This document shows positions 24,391-32,693 of a stretch of 64,000 bases of DNA, one piece after another. The notes under the pieces were generated by a model, which did not search any database, was not told where the DNA came from, and worked only from the letters and a program-made list of their open reading frames with translations. The stretch's first letter is position 1. Every line of letters begins with the position of its first letter. The stretch is from sequence record KX130865, one strand, 5' to 3'. This DNA is from Shigella phage SHSML-52-1. The position numbers and the translations under genes are program-made.

Positions 24391-24906
24391 ATGAATATTT
24401 GTTTAGGCAGTACAATTCCTAAGGGTTATGTAATTGATGTCACTACCTATGAAAATGACGGGGACAACTATAAAACCAAAACATTGTTTGAAGTGGAAGA
24501 GCATGAGCTCCAACAGTTTAAATATCTCTTGAAGAAATTTAAGAGTCGTCATTCCAGCACTAAAGCTGAACGTTACTGTGGTAATACACCATTCAGTGAC
24601 TGCTCGCTTATTATCTACGAATATCTGGTTGAAGGGCTGTTCTCAGACCAACTCCGACCAGAATTTATTAAAAAGGTCTTTGGCATCGAAGTAGACCTTG
24701 GTGATAAATCTGAAGAAGACGAAGCCCGCGTATTCGACCTGTTCTTTGTGAAAGGCGATGAGATATCTCAAGGACTTATTGATATTCTTGGCTATGCTTC
24801 TGAATACTATGATTACGATTTCTTGCGTGTAGTTGAACGTGTCGAATTTGCTTATATTGAAGAAGAAATTGTTTTGCCAACTGTTAAAATGATTGATTTG
24901 CTTTAA
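24391..24906 (+). CDS. hypothetical protein
   Basis: 171 aa ORF tightly packed after upstream gene. Confidence 0.5.
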   Translation: MNICLGSTIPKGYVIDVTTYENDGDNYKTKTLFEVEEHELQQFKYLLKKFKSRHSSTKAERYCGNTPFSDCSLIIYEYLVEGLFSDQLRPEFIKKVFGIEVDLGDKSEEDEARVFDLFFVKGDEISQGLIDILGYASEYYDYDFLRVVERVEFAYIEEEIVLPTVKMIDLL

Positions 24907-24985
24907 GAATTATGTGTTATTATTAATTCATACCCTCTATTACCAAAGGTGCTCTAAAGTGCCTTTCATAATAGAAAGTTATTAA

Positions 24986-25060
24986 GGCCCTGTAGCTCAA
25001 TGGGAGAGCTGTCAGCTCATAACTGATAGGTAGCTGGATCGAAACCAGCCAGGGTCACCA
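24986..25060 (+). tRNA. tRNA, anticodon CAU (Met or lysidine-type Ile; cannot distinguish)
   Basis: Hand-folded cloverleaf: acceptor GGCCCTG/CAGGGTC, D stem GCTC/GAGC, anticodon stem GTCAG/CTGAT with loop CTCATAA, T stem GCTGG/CCAGC, encoded CCA. Confidence 0.8.
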
Positions 25061-25063
25061 ATT

Positions 25064-25140
<77 letters not shown>

Positions 25141-25158
25141 ACTTCAAGTGAGGAAAAT

Positions 25159-25503
25159 ATGAAAGGTAATATTTATCTGGTAGTTCATGATTTAACGTTT
25201 TATTTTAACGAACAGGATACAGTTATTTCCGACCGGTTGATTAATTCATTATATCAACACGCTGATTACGTTTATTTCCAAAATGAATTTGGCCATTGGA
25301 AGTTTCTTAAAAACCGTTCCGGGTTAACTAGTTTTGAATACTTTGACCGTAAAGACCTTTTAAACGAAATCCCATTGCAACATCGGTTCCAGAAACGCGA
25401 ATCACTATACTATTGTCGCCATATACCAAATGCTGAATGTGTTTATGAAGCGATTAATCTATGGCGTCGGCGTCGAGAGCAAATTGATGATATGCCAAAA
25501 TAA
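25159..25503 (+). CDS. hypothetical protein
   Basis: 114 aa from ATG 25159 (GAGGAA SD); the longer track ORF from 25111 would overlap tRNA-Arg. Confidence 0.5.
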   Translation: MKGNIYLVVHDLTFYFNEQDTVISDRLINSLYQHADYVYFQNEFGHWKFLKNRSGLTSFEYFDRKDLLNEIPLQHRFQKRESLYYCRHIPNAECVYEAINLWRRRREQIDDMPK

Positions 25504-25815
25504 GAAGCCGGGTCGCTACCGGCAAGTCGTCGGACTGATGTTCCCTGAGTAAGGACTGGTCTTAATAAATCTTTATGATTTGTTAATATCCCCTTACATC
25601 ACAGCAGAAACGGCGCACAAAATTATCGATTCGAGGAAATATCTTTGCCGTAATCCGAGTAGCGTTTTTGACGGAACGTTCGGATATGGTCGAGATATGG
25701 CCTTTTAAAAATATTGAGTAGCGTCAACTGCTTAATAACCAGGTTCAAATCCCGGCGTTTCGTACAAACACTTGCCTTAGCAGGTGGAACCCCGACAAGG
25801 TTGCCGCAAGGCTTA

Positions 25816-25841
25816 GCCCCTTCCGAAAGGTTGGGGCTTTT
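25816..25841 (+). terminator. intrinsic terminator (GCCCC...GGGGC + T-tract), copy 1 of 3
   Basis: AGCCCCTTCCGAAAGGTTGGGGCTTTT: GC stem with GAAA loop then U-tract. Confidence 0.65.
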
Positions 25842-25886
25842 GGCATAATAATAAATAGATAAGTTAATTAACTTAGGAAAAGCAAC

Positions 25887-26351
25887 ATGAAATCATACGC
25901 TGAATTTTTGACTGAACAATCTAGTTCAGATGTAAAAGCCGCTGCGATTGCAGCAATTCAAGCAGGTAAATATTCTTACAAAGACGCCTCTGATGAAGAA
26001 CGTTTCCGTTTTATTAGAGATTTTAAAGCCGAAGGTTTTACTAATGCTAATACTGTTAGCCGAGTTTTTAAAAGCCTAGCTGCATCAGGTGAATTGTTCC
26101 AGAAAGCTACAGGTAAAGCACCTGCGCCAAAAACAGACCCTAAAGCAGCTCAAGAAAAAAATATCGCCAAAGGAATTATTTCTAAGTATGAAGCAATTCT
26201 TAAAGAGCTTTTAGTAATCAAAACAGAAGGCCAGAAACTGGCACGAGCACATAGCTTCAAAGATAATCCTCACGCTCATAGCCTTGAGTATGTTGAAGAT
26301 ATCCAAAAACTTATTAAAGACCGTATCTGGTCTGCTAAACAAATTAAATAA
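25887..26351 (+). CDS. capsid-targeted internal protein-like (CTS MKSYAEFLTE)
   Basis: 154 aa; N-terminal MKSYAEFLTE with L-T-E cleavage context. Confidence 0.6.
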   Translation: MKSYAEFLTEQSSSDVKAAAIAAIQAGKYSYKDASDEERFRFIRDFKAEGFTNANTVSRVFKSLAASGELFQKATGKAPAPKTDPKAAQEKNIAKGIISKYEAILKELLVIKTEGQKLARAHSFKDNPHAHSLEYVEDIQKLIKDRIWSAKQIK

Positions 26352-26357
26352 TAGAAT

Positions 26358-26384
26358 GCCCCTTCCTTATGGTTGGGGCCTTTT
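26358..26384 (+). terminator. intrinsic terminator, copy 2 of 3
   Basis: GCCCCTTCCTTATGGTTGGGGCCTTTT immediately after the stop at 26351. Confidence 0.7.
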
Positions 26385-26417
26385 GGTATCTAGGGCATAA
26401 AAATATTTCATAAAGAT

Positions 26418-26446
26418 GTTTACTTCTTCCCTAGATGTGTTACTAT
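26418..26446 (+). promoter_or_regulatory. early promoter (-35 GTTTAC, -10 TACTAT)
   Basis: GTTTAC 26418-26423, 17-nt spacer, TACTAT 26441-26446. Confidence 0.55.
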
Positions 26447-26474
26447 AGACCTATCAAAACATGGGGAGAATATT

Positions 26475-26978
26475 ATGAGTCTTTACACTGAACTGAATAA
26501 AAAATCTGAAGAATCTGCTGAAACTATTTTTAAAAACGTGCAAAAGCGTATTTTGGAAAAGATGTACGATGCAGCATCTAAAGGTGAAAAATCTTGCCGG
26601 TTTCCGATGAGGTGTTCTTCTGATTTATGCGCAAATACTATTGAATGGCTGGAAAGTGAAGGTCTTACGGTAGAGAAAAACCCGGCGACTTCTATTGACA
26701 GTGAATCATATATTAGTATTTCTTGGGATAAATCAAGGGTAGAAGAGAAAGATGGTGATTGGGTTGTAGATGTTAAAACTTCTGATGGTGGACGTTCTGT
26801 TGAAGTTTCAGCTGTAGTTAAAGGTACCCACGAACAAAGGACTTGGGGTTGGGGTGGTGAAGAAAAAGAAATTGTTCTTAGTGTGATTGCCAGGTCAACT
26901 AGTAATAAAATTGCACAAAGCATCATCTATGCTGCATGTATCGAAGCTGGAAAAATTTGCAAAATTAAAAATAAATGA
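26475..26978 (+). CDS. hypothetical protein
   Basis: 167 aa; SD GGGGAG; downstream of early promoter. Confidence 0.55.
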   Translation: MSLYTELNKKSEESAETIFKNVQKRILEKMYDAASKGEKSCRFPMRCSSDLCANTIEWLESEGLTVEKNPATSIDSESYISISWDKSRVEEKDGDWVVDVKTSDGGRSVEVSAVVKGTHEQRTWGWGGEEKEIVLSVIARSTSNKIAQSIIYAACIEAGKICKIKNK

Positions 26979-27035
26979 TGTACAAACACCATGGACGGTG
27001 TTACTATAGACCTATCAAATCAAGAGGAAAACAAA

Positions 27036-27263
27036 ATGGCTACAGTTAGTATTGATGTCGTTGATTATGAATACACAGAAGAAGTTATTCGCAACCGTCA
27101 CCCTGAAGTTCGTATTGATTCAGTACAAGATTCCAAGTTCTGGACAACTGAGCTTAATCTGAGTGGTCCTTATGAAGCTGTTAAGAAGTTCATGGTTGAA
27201 GAATACTGCGAAGGCATGCACCCCGAAGACGCCAAGTTTTATGTCAATTTGATTAAAAAATAA
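27036..27263 (+). CDS. hypothetical protein
   Basis: 75 aa from ATG 27036 (AAGAGGAAA SD). Confidence 0.5.
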   Translation: MATVSIDVVDYEYTEEVIRNRHPEVRIDSVQDSKFWTTELNLSGPYEAVKKFMVEEYCEGMHPEDAKFYVNLIKK

Positions 27264-27298
27264 TTTACAAACTCTTGAGAGCAGAGTATAATGCTCTC
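27263..27298 (+). promoter_or_regulatory. early promoter cassette (-10 TATAAT flanked by GAGAGC/GCTCTC)
   Basis: ATTTAC 27263-27268; TATAAT 27287-27292; arms 27277-27282 and 27293-27298; near-duplicate of the cassette at 57854. Confidence 0.55.
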
Positions 27299-27334
27299 AT
27301 GGATAATAAACCCACTAATTGAAAAGGTAATAAT

Positions 27335-27928
27335 ATGAACACTCTGAAGAAACTTGTTGAATTCATTCGCACTAAACTGGGTACTGCCATGGCTAAAAAT
27401 CTGACTGTCGAAGAACAGTATAACGCAGCTGCAGATAAGTTGATTACCCAAATCAAAGAACTAAAAACGGCTTCTGTTAAATCTATTAATGAAGAAAAAC
27501 GTATTCGCGAACTTGTTAATGAAAAGAACAAGCAAGCCGCTTCTAAGGAACGTGAAATTCGTAAACTCCTGGCTGAAGGACAAGATGTTACCATGCATGC
27601 TAAGCTTGGTCTTCTGTATCGTCGAACTGCCGAACAACTTAATACAAAAGCTGACGGGTATGCCGCTATGCGAATTGAAATTGCTCGTAAGGTGGTTGAA
27701 CTTGACGATGCTCGTCAGAACCTGGCAATCAAACTCGAATACATTCGTGAAACTCGAGCAGCCAATGCCCTTGGTATCTCTACCGCTGACGATGTAATTG
27801 AAATCGCTGCACTGACTAAGGTTGATATCGAAGACACTCTGACTCGTGTTGAAACGTTCAATGGCACTCCAGCTGGTGTCGAAACCACTTCTGCTGATGT
27901 ACAAGAATATATTAACTCTTTGAAATAA
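27335..27928 (+). CDS. coiled-coil protein, possibly PspA/IM30-like
   Basis: 197 aa, almost entirely heptad-like helical sequence with an amphipathic N-terminus; family assignment is a guess. Confidence 0.5.
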   Translation: MNTLKKLVEFIRTKLGTAMAKNLTVEEQYNAAADKLITQIKELKTASVKSINEEKRIRELVNEKNKQAASKEREIRKLLAEGQDVTMHAKLGLLYRRTAEQLNTKADGYAAMRIEIARKVVELDDARQNLAIKLEYIRETRAANALGISTADDVIEIAALTKVDIEDTLTRVETFNGTPAGVETTSADVQEYINSLK

Positions 27929-27936
27929 AATAATAC

Positions 27937-27958
27937 GGAGGACTCCGGTCCTCCTTTT
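27937..27958 (+). terminator. intrinsic terminator
   Basis: GGAGGAC-TCCG-GTCCTCC followed by TTTT, right after the stop at 27928. Confidence 0.7.
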
Positions 27959-27977
27959 GGATAATAAAGGAGTTAAC

Positions 27978-28580
27978 ATGCGAAACCAAAATAATGATAT
28001 TGACTCAATGTTCGAAGAGTTCCGAGATAAGGTAAATCCACCTACGTCTTTAGTTGATTCATTACGATATGTTGCAACCGGACGTAAATGGTACTGGTCG
28101 TCTTCTTATGAGACCACCGAGAAAACGGCTAGCCATAGCAGAAAATCTTTATTAGCCCCAGGTATTATGATTCATGATATCGGAGCTATTGCTAAACTAG
28201 TTGCAGACCATGATATTAGATTCACTGATTTCGTTGCTCCTACGTGGTCTGTTTGTTGTTTAAACACTGAATGGGAATATATCAGCGAACGCTCTGAAGA
28301 TTATTATGGTTTTAGAGATAAGCTTCTGAGGTCTAATATGTTTTATATCGATACAGAAGTTCTAGTCGATAATAAAAAATATTACTTTACGTTAATCATC
28401 GATTCTGAAACTATGTATGAAGGCAAGCCTTTGCTTAAAAGAGTTGATGCTTTAAGTGCTATTGATGCGCTTTATGAAACTATGGTTGTTAGTCCTAATT
28501 TCACTAACAATTTAATCCTTGAGCAATTTATTATGGAATGTAGAGAATATGTCAAAGCCAACCCTATACATGCCAAGTAA
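27978..28580 (+). CDS. hypothetical protein (C-terminal FIMECRE tail)
   Basis: 200 aa from ATG 27978 (AAGGAG SD); C-terminus overlaps the start of the next gene. Confidence 0.55.
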   Translation: MRNQNNDIDSMFEEFRDKVNPPTSLVDSLRYVATGRKWYWSSSYETTEKTASHSRKSLLAPGIMIHDIGAIAKLVADHDIRFTDFVAPTWSVCCLNTEWEYISERSEDYYGFRDKLLRSNMFYIDTEVLVDNKKYYFTLIIDSETMYEGKPLLKRVDALSAIDALYETMVVSPNFTNNLILEQFIMECREYVKANPIHAK

Positions 28581-28944
28581 GCCTTGGGCCTACGAATACA
28601 AACGTAAATTAATCCCGTATGAAGTATTATTTGGTCCTATTTTAGCTTTAGCATTTTTAATCTTTATGATTATAGGAGCTATTTTAGATTCTAGTGAAGT
28701 TATATCGTCTGATGCAGCGTTTTCATTAATGTTCGTCGCACCATTTATTGTACCGTTTTTATTAATGCCTATTAATTGGGTAGGATATTGGCACCAAGGC
28801 CGTCATCACAGAGCCCGATTAAGAGAATGGAAAGTTCAGTGCGCAAAAGCCCAAGCTCAGTATGATGAAGCTGTTAAAAAGTATGAATATGAAGAAGCTA
28901 TGGAATTCGTTAAGGAAATAAGATGCAAAAGCCTCAACTCTTAA
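28549..28944 (+). CDS. small membrane protein, FxKExR-tail family member A
   Basis: 131 aa; two hydrophobic helices; C-terminus EFVKEIRCK overlaps the next start. Confidence 0.5.
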   Translation: MSKPTLYMPSKPWAYEYKRKLIPYEVLFGPILALAFLIFMIIGAILDSSEVISSDAAFSLMFVAPFIVPFLLMPINWVGYWHQGRHHRARLREWKVQCAKAQAQYDEAVKKYEYEEAMEFVKEIRCKSLNS

Positions 28945-29282
28945 CCGTATGGCCTTCTCTTGGTGAGAACATTCTAATTTTTATTATGAGTATTGGCATG
29001 GGATTTGCCTTTGGATTAGTTGGATTTCTTATTGACGGCGTTGTGTTAGGATTTATAGGGAACACTGGTGGATTCACAGACCAATGGCAGGACTTACGGT
29101 ATACCCAAGCCTTTGCATCCATCGCATCATTTTGTACTGTAGTCTATTTTTACTACGATTTTATAAACCACAACAAGAAAAATAAAAAGGTTTACGCTTC
29201 TCAAATGATTAGTTATAATGAACTCCTAGCTAGACGTGAAAATGAAACAATCGAAAACTTTATTAAGGAATGTAGAAAATGA
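28923..29282 (+). CDS. small membrane protein, FIKECR-tail family member B
   Basis: 119 aa; hydrophobic N-terminal half; ends ...ENFIKECRK with ATGA overlap to next gene. Confidence 0.55.
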   Translation: MQKPQLLTVWPSLGENILIFIMSIGMGFAFGLVGFLIDGVVLGFIGNTGGFTDQWQDLRYTQAFASIASFCTVVYFYYDFINHNKKNKKVYASQMISYNELLARRENETIENFIKECRK

Positions 29283-29584
29283 GTAAGATTATTGAAATTA
29301 AAGTACCAGAGTTTAATGATGCCAAATCCGCTTCAGATGCAATTTATAAACTTCTGAATCAAGCTGAACGTATCGAAGAAGAAGCAACAAAGATCGCAGA
29401 CCAATATGCCGTATCATTTTCTGTAGGTGATTATGGTAGCGGTCGTACTTATTATCCTAAGGGTGAAATCGTATCCCAGTGGATGAAAGATGAAATTGAA
29501 AATAATGGCGGCGATGTTAAGCGTGAAGGTAATGGATACGTTATTACTGAAGGTGCTTGGGTTTCGTCTTCTGCGTTGTGCTAA
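29279..29584 (+). CDS. hypothetical protein, WVSSS-x-x-C tail family (1 of 3 tandem paralogs)
   Basis: 101 aa ending GAWVSSSALC. Confidence 0.55.
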   Translation: MSKIIEIKVPEFNDAKSASDAIYKLLNQAERIEEEATKIADQYAVSFSVGDYGSGRTYYPKGEIVSQWMKDEIENNGGDVKREGNGYVITEGAWVSSSALC

Positions 29585-29593
29585 GGAATCATT

Positions 29594-29866
29594 ATGTCTA
29601 AAGAACAAACCGAACTGGCTGAAGCTGTAGCAAAAATCTATGCCGCTATTGAGGCTGCCAAAGAAATTGCTGATAAACAAAACACAACATTCAACTTGTA
29701 CCCAGCTTATGGTATGGGTGGAACCTATCATTCACCCGGACATCTTAAAGCCGATCTTGAACGTTGTACAAAAAACGGTTATGCCGAATGGGCTGACGTT
29801 TACCAATACGACTACAACCTGAGCCTCGAAACTGGTGGTTGGGTCGCATCTTCTCACACTTGCTAA
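29594..29866 (+). CDS. hypothetical protein, WVSSS-x-x-C tail family (2 of 3)
   Basis: 90 aa ending GGWVASSHTC; 9-nt intergenic spacer with AAGGAA SD. Confidence 0.55.
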   Translation: MSKEQTELAEAVAKIYAAIEAAKEIADKQNTTFNLYPAYGMGGTYHSPGHLKADLERCTKNGYAEWADVYQYDYNLSLETGGWVASSHTC

Positions 29867-29875
29867 GGAAACAAT

Positions 29876-30073
29876 ATGTCTCGTGAATTAGATTGTGCTG
29901 TACGTACGGCAGTAGCTGCTCTGGAAAACCTGTTCCAAATTGCAACAGAAGAACGCGAAGAAGTTACATTATGGATTGAAGATAACGCAGGTCTGAATCT
30001 CCAGGACGCGATCTCATTATCCCACAATAGTATCACTTTTCAAGGCTGGGTATCATCTAGTTATTCTTGCTAA
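29876..30073 (+). CDS. hypothetical protein, WVSSS-x-x-C tail family (3 of 3)
   Basis: 65 aa ending QGWVSSSYSC. Confidence 0.5.
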   Translation: MSRELDCAVRTAVAALENLFQIATEEREEVTLWIEDNAGLNLQDAISLSHNSITFQGWVSSSYSC

Positions 30074-30077
30074 AACA

Positions 30078-30116
30078 GTTTACAACAAGATAGGGCTATG
30101 TTATAGTAGTCCTATC
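30078..30116 (+). promoter_or_regulatory. early promoter cassette (ATAGGACTATGTTATAGTAGTCCTAT family)
   Basis: GTTTAC 30078-30083; TATAGT 30102-30107 within an imperfect inverted repeat. Confidence 0.55.
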
Positions 30117-30135
30117 AAAACAAATGGAGTCCACA

Positions 30136-30375
30136 ATGATTTATTACGAAAGTATCGGAACCAAAGTGGTTGGTAAAACCATTACTCGTGAAAAGTTTGC
30201 AAAGATATTCGATATGCGTTATAAAAAATCTGAACACAAAGGCATCCGATTCGAAGATGCGCACTGTACAATTTGCCCTTATAATGAAGACATAAACGGT
30301 ACAATCGTTCCATTGGTAGAGGCTTCACATGATGACCTCTGGGATGAATATAATATCGCATGTCGTGAAATTTAA
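30136..30375 (+). CDS. hypothetical protein
   Basis: 79 aa from ATG 30136. Confidence 0.45.
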   Translation: MIYYESIGTKVVGKTITREKFAKIFDMRYKKSEHKGIRFEDAHCTICPYNEDINGTIVPLVEASHDDLWDEYNIACREI

Positions 30376-30403
30376 GTTAATGAATTAATCCGAGGAAAAT
30401 ATT

Positions 30404-31360
30404 ATGATGTTAGTTATTGGTTCTCGTGCACTTCACTATCACGGTCTTATTGATTCTAGCGCTATTAAAAATAGTGATTGGGACTTTATTGCGGACCAAG
30501 GTTCTTGGAATGCATTCAAAAATCAAATGATGGGTGTATATGTTCACCAAGATAACCCTGATGTCCAAGTTTTCAAATGCTTCCATAATGGACGCGAAAC
30601 TCATTTTGAAGCATACATCGTTCCGGCTATCACTAACGTTCGCGAACTAGTCGGTGAACTCACTCCTGAAGATTTCACGTCTTCTTATGACCTTTTAAAA
30701 TACGCCAAGAAAAATTTGACTAAAGACCGTTTGAACGGGTTTTACTGGGCAACTCCTGAGATATGTCTTGCAATTAAGATGTCTCATCGTTTCAAGAAAA
30801 ATAATCCATTCTTTTTAAAGACTATGAACCATATTCAGTATCTTCGTGGTAAAGGTGTTACACTGAACGATGAACTTACTGAAATTATGCTGAAGCGCCA
30901 GAAAGAAACCTTGAATTATGCTCACCCAGTTCTTGACACTTCTAAAAGTGCGTTCTTTAAAGATGACATCTATACATATGACCATGATACTATTCATGAA
31001 GCCATTGCACTAACAGACCGTCCAGCGTATACATTTTATATGAAAGATGGTTCTGAAGTCATGACCTCACGCGAGAAGTTCGAATCATTACCAGAAATGG
31101 TCAAATTGGCCGGCGTATACGAAGAATCATGTGTACTAGCGTTAGAACGTTCTCAGATTCCTAATAATTTTGAAATCCATCCACGTGATAGTTTTATGAT
31201 GGCCCTTGAAAAGGTCTGTACATCAATCACATCAGGATGGTTCCGTGAGTTCGCTTGGGAAAATTATAGCAAAGTAGTAAGTATGTACCAAAGCTTAGGA
31301 CACGACGATTACGTCAAGCGTTTCAAACAAAACTTTCATATGGTAAAACCTTTCAAATAA
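30404..31360 (+). CDS. hypothetical protein (318 aa)
   Basis: Long ORF with AGGAAAA SD; N-terminal GS...SDWDF loosely resembles a nucleotidyltransferase motif but the spacing is atypical. Confidence 0.6.
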   Translation: MMLVIGSRALHYHGLIDSSAIKNSDWDFIADQGSWNAFKNQMMGVYVHQDNPDVQVFKCFHNGRETHFEAYIVPAITNVRELVGELTPEDFTSSYDLLKYAKKNLTKDRLNGFYWATPEICLAIKMSHRFKKNNPFFLKTMNHIQYLRGKGVTLNDELTEIMLKRQKETLNYAHPVLDTSKSAFFKDDIYTYDHDTIHEAIALTDRPAYTFYMKDGSEVMTSREKFESLPEMVKLAGVYEESCVLALERSQIPNNFEIHPRDSFMMALEKVCTSITSGWFREFAWENYSKVVSMYQSLGHDDYVKRFKQNFHMVKPFK

Positions 31361-31372
31361 TTTCACAAAACA

Positions 31373-31402
31373 GTTTACAAGGTCTGTAGTTGTTGATACT
31401 AT
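31373..31402 (+). promoter_or_regulatory. early promoter (-35 GTTTAC, -10 TACTAT)
   Basis: GTTTAC 31373-31378, 18-nt spacer, TACTAT 31397-31402. Confidence 0.55.
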
Positions 31403-31440
31403 AGACCTATCAAAACAAATGAGTGAATGGAGATATAAAA

Positions 31441-31641
31441 ATGACTACTTTGAATAAACGTTTCGGTAAAGCTAAACCTGGTTGTGCAGCAGAACGTCGT
31501 TATGTTTTCGCTCAGTTAGAAGATGTAGAGTATCAGATTAATCAAGTTCACATTACTGGTATCGAGCCTATGTGTGGCCTTGAAGCTCTTCGTGAAGTTC
31601 GTGATGGGTATCGTCGTGACATCGAAGAAATGTCAAAATAA
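31441..31641 (+). CDS. hypothetical protein
   Basis: 66 aa from ATG 31441 (GGAG SD). Confidence 0.45.
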   Translation: MTTLNKRFGKAKPGCAAERRYVFAQLEDVEYQINQVHITGIEPMCGLEALREVRDGYRRDIEEMSK

Positions 31642-31642
31642 G

Positions 31643-31679
31643 TGTACAAACTGATAGGACTATGTTATAGTAGTCCTAT
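31643..31679 (+). promoter_or_regulatory. early promoter cassette (ATAGGACTATGTTATAGTAGTCCTAT family)
   Basis: GTGTAC 31643-31648; TATAGT 31666-31671; arms 31654-31662 and 31671-31679. Confidence 0.55.
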
Positions 31680-31699
31680 TAAAACATGAGGAGAATATT

Positions 31700-32005
31700 A
31701 TGAAATTAGGCGAAACCAACCGAATTGGTCTTTTAACAATATTTGTATCACTTTTTTACGCAGCTCTTTCTGTTGCAGTATTACAAAAGGCTTACAGTAT
31801 GGATGGTGTTCCTGGTTTTGTATTCTTATCGCCGTTTTTGCTATTCGTTGGAGCATTGTTATTATATGCCACGACTAGTTTCGACCATAACGTCTGGGTC
31901 AATTATAAATGTAAATTGTCTGAAGAAGAACACGCAGAAGCTCGTAAAAAAGCTATTGAATCTACCAATCTAGAAAATTTCATTAAAGAATGTCGAGGAA
32001 AATAA
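31700..32005 (+). CDS. small membrane protein, FIKECR-tail family member C
   Basis: 101 aa; two hydrophobic helices; ends ...ENFIKECRGK two nt before the next ATG. Confidence 0.55.
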   Translation: MKLGETNRIGLLTIFVSLFYAALSVAVLQKAYSMDGVPGFVFLSPFLLFVGALLLYATTSFDHNVWVNYKCKLSEEEHAEARKKAIESTNLENFIKECRGK

Positions 32006-32006
32006 T

Positions 32007-32693
32007 ATGAATAGTTCTAAAGTGTTTAATAGTCAAGCTCGTGCAGTAGGTGGTTTTGCTCATGCGATTAAAAATGACCAGATTAAAAACGAGCCTATGT
32101 TCTTTAACTGCGATTTGAATTTTGCTTTTGATAATGGCGGTCCAATTACTCGTAGCTTCATTATGAACTTGCCGGATGATTGGAACACCGACCAGGGTGT
32201 ATTTGATTCACGAGTCCACATGCTGATGCCTGGTTGGTACCCTGCTATCCCAGGTTATCACCATGACGATGTACCACGTCCGGATATTCCGGTTGGTCAA
32301 CATTTTATTACTGCAGGACAACCTGACTATGACAATCCTCGTTACCATTCTGAACATATTCTTGGTCTTGTTAACGCTGATGTGTGTCCTACTCATTTTG
32401 CAACAGGAACTGCAGAGTTCAGTCAGATTCCTGATGGCGAACTTATCTATCGCCAGTGGCACAAAGAAGTCCTCGAAAAAATTGAAAAAGGTGAACTAGA
32501 GAAATGGGAAGCTCCAGACCGTACTCTTCTTCAGTTTGATTGGCAAACATGGCACACTGGTTCTCGTGCAATTAGTAATGGATGGCGTTGGTTCGGACGT
32601 GTATCTCGTAATACAGACCGAGTTAAAAAGATTACCAATGAAATTCGTGTCAATGCTCAAGTTTATCTGGAATTCCCTATGGAAGGCTGGTAA
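32007..32693 (+). CDS. hypothetical protein (His-rich; possible metal-dependent enzyme)
   Basis: 228 aa; HHDD near residue 85 and WHTGSR near residue 185 could be an HxD...H metal site; speculative. Confidence 0.55.
   Translation: MNSSKVFNSQARAVGGFAHAIKNDQIKNEPMFFNCDLNFAFDNGGPITRSFIMNLPDDWNTDQGVFDSRVHMLMPGWYPAIPGYHHDDVPRPDIPVGQHFITAGQPDYDNPRYHSEHILGLVNADVCPTHFATGTAEFSQIPDGELIYRQWHKEVLEKIEKGELEKWEAPDRTLLQFDWQTWHTGSRAISNGWRWFGRVSRNTDRVKKITNEIRVNAQVYLEFPMEGW

Noticed and set aside
25690-25775. Possible third tRNA suggested by a GGTTCAAATCC T-loop-like motif
   Set aside because: I could not build an acceptor stem, D arm or anticodon arm around it; retained only as part of the candidate structured RNA region.
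26483-26926. 147-aa minus-strand ORF (also 27265-27594, 27461-27979, 23417-23770, 61688-62176, 63471-63923 on the minus strand)
   Set aside because: Each lies wholly inside better-supported plus-strand genes with SD sequences and tight operon packing; low-complexity Ser/Leu-rich translations typical of shadow frames.
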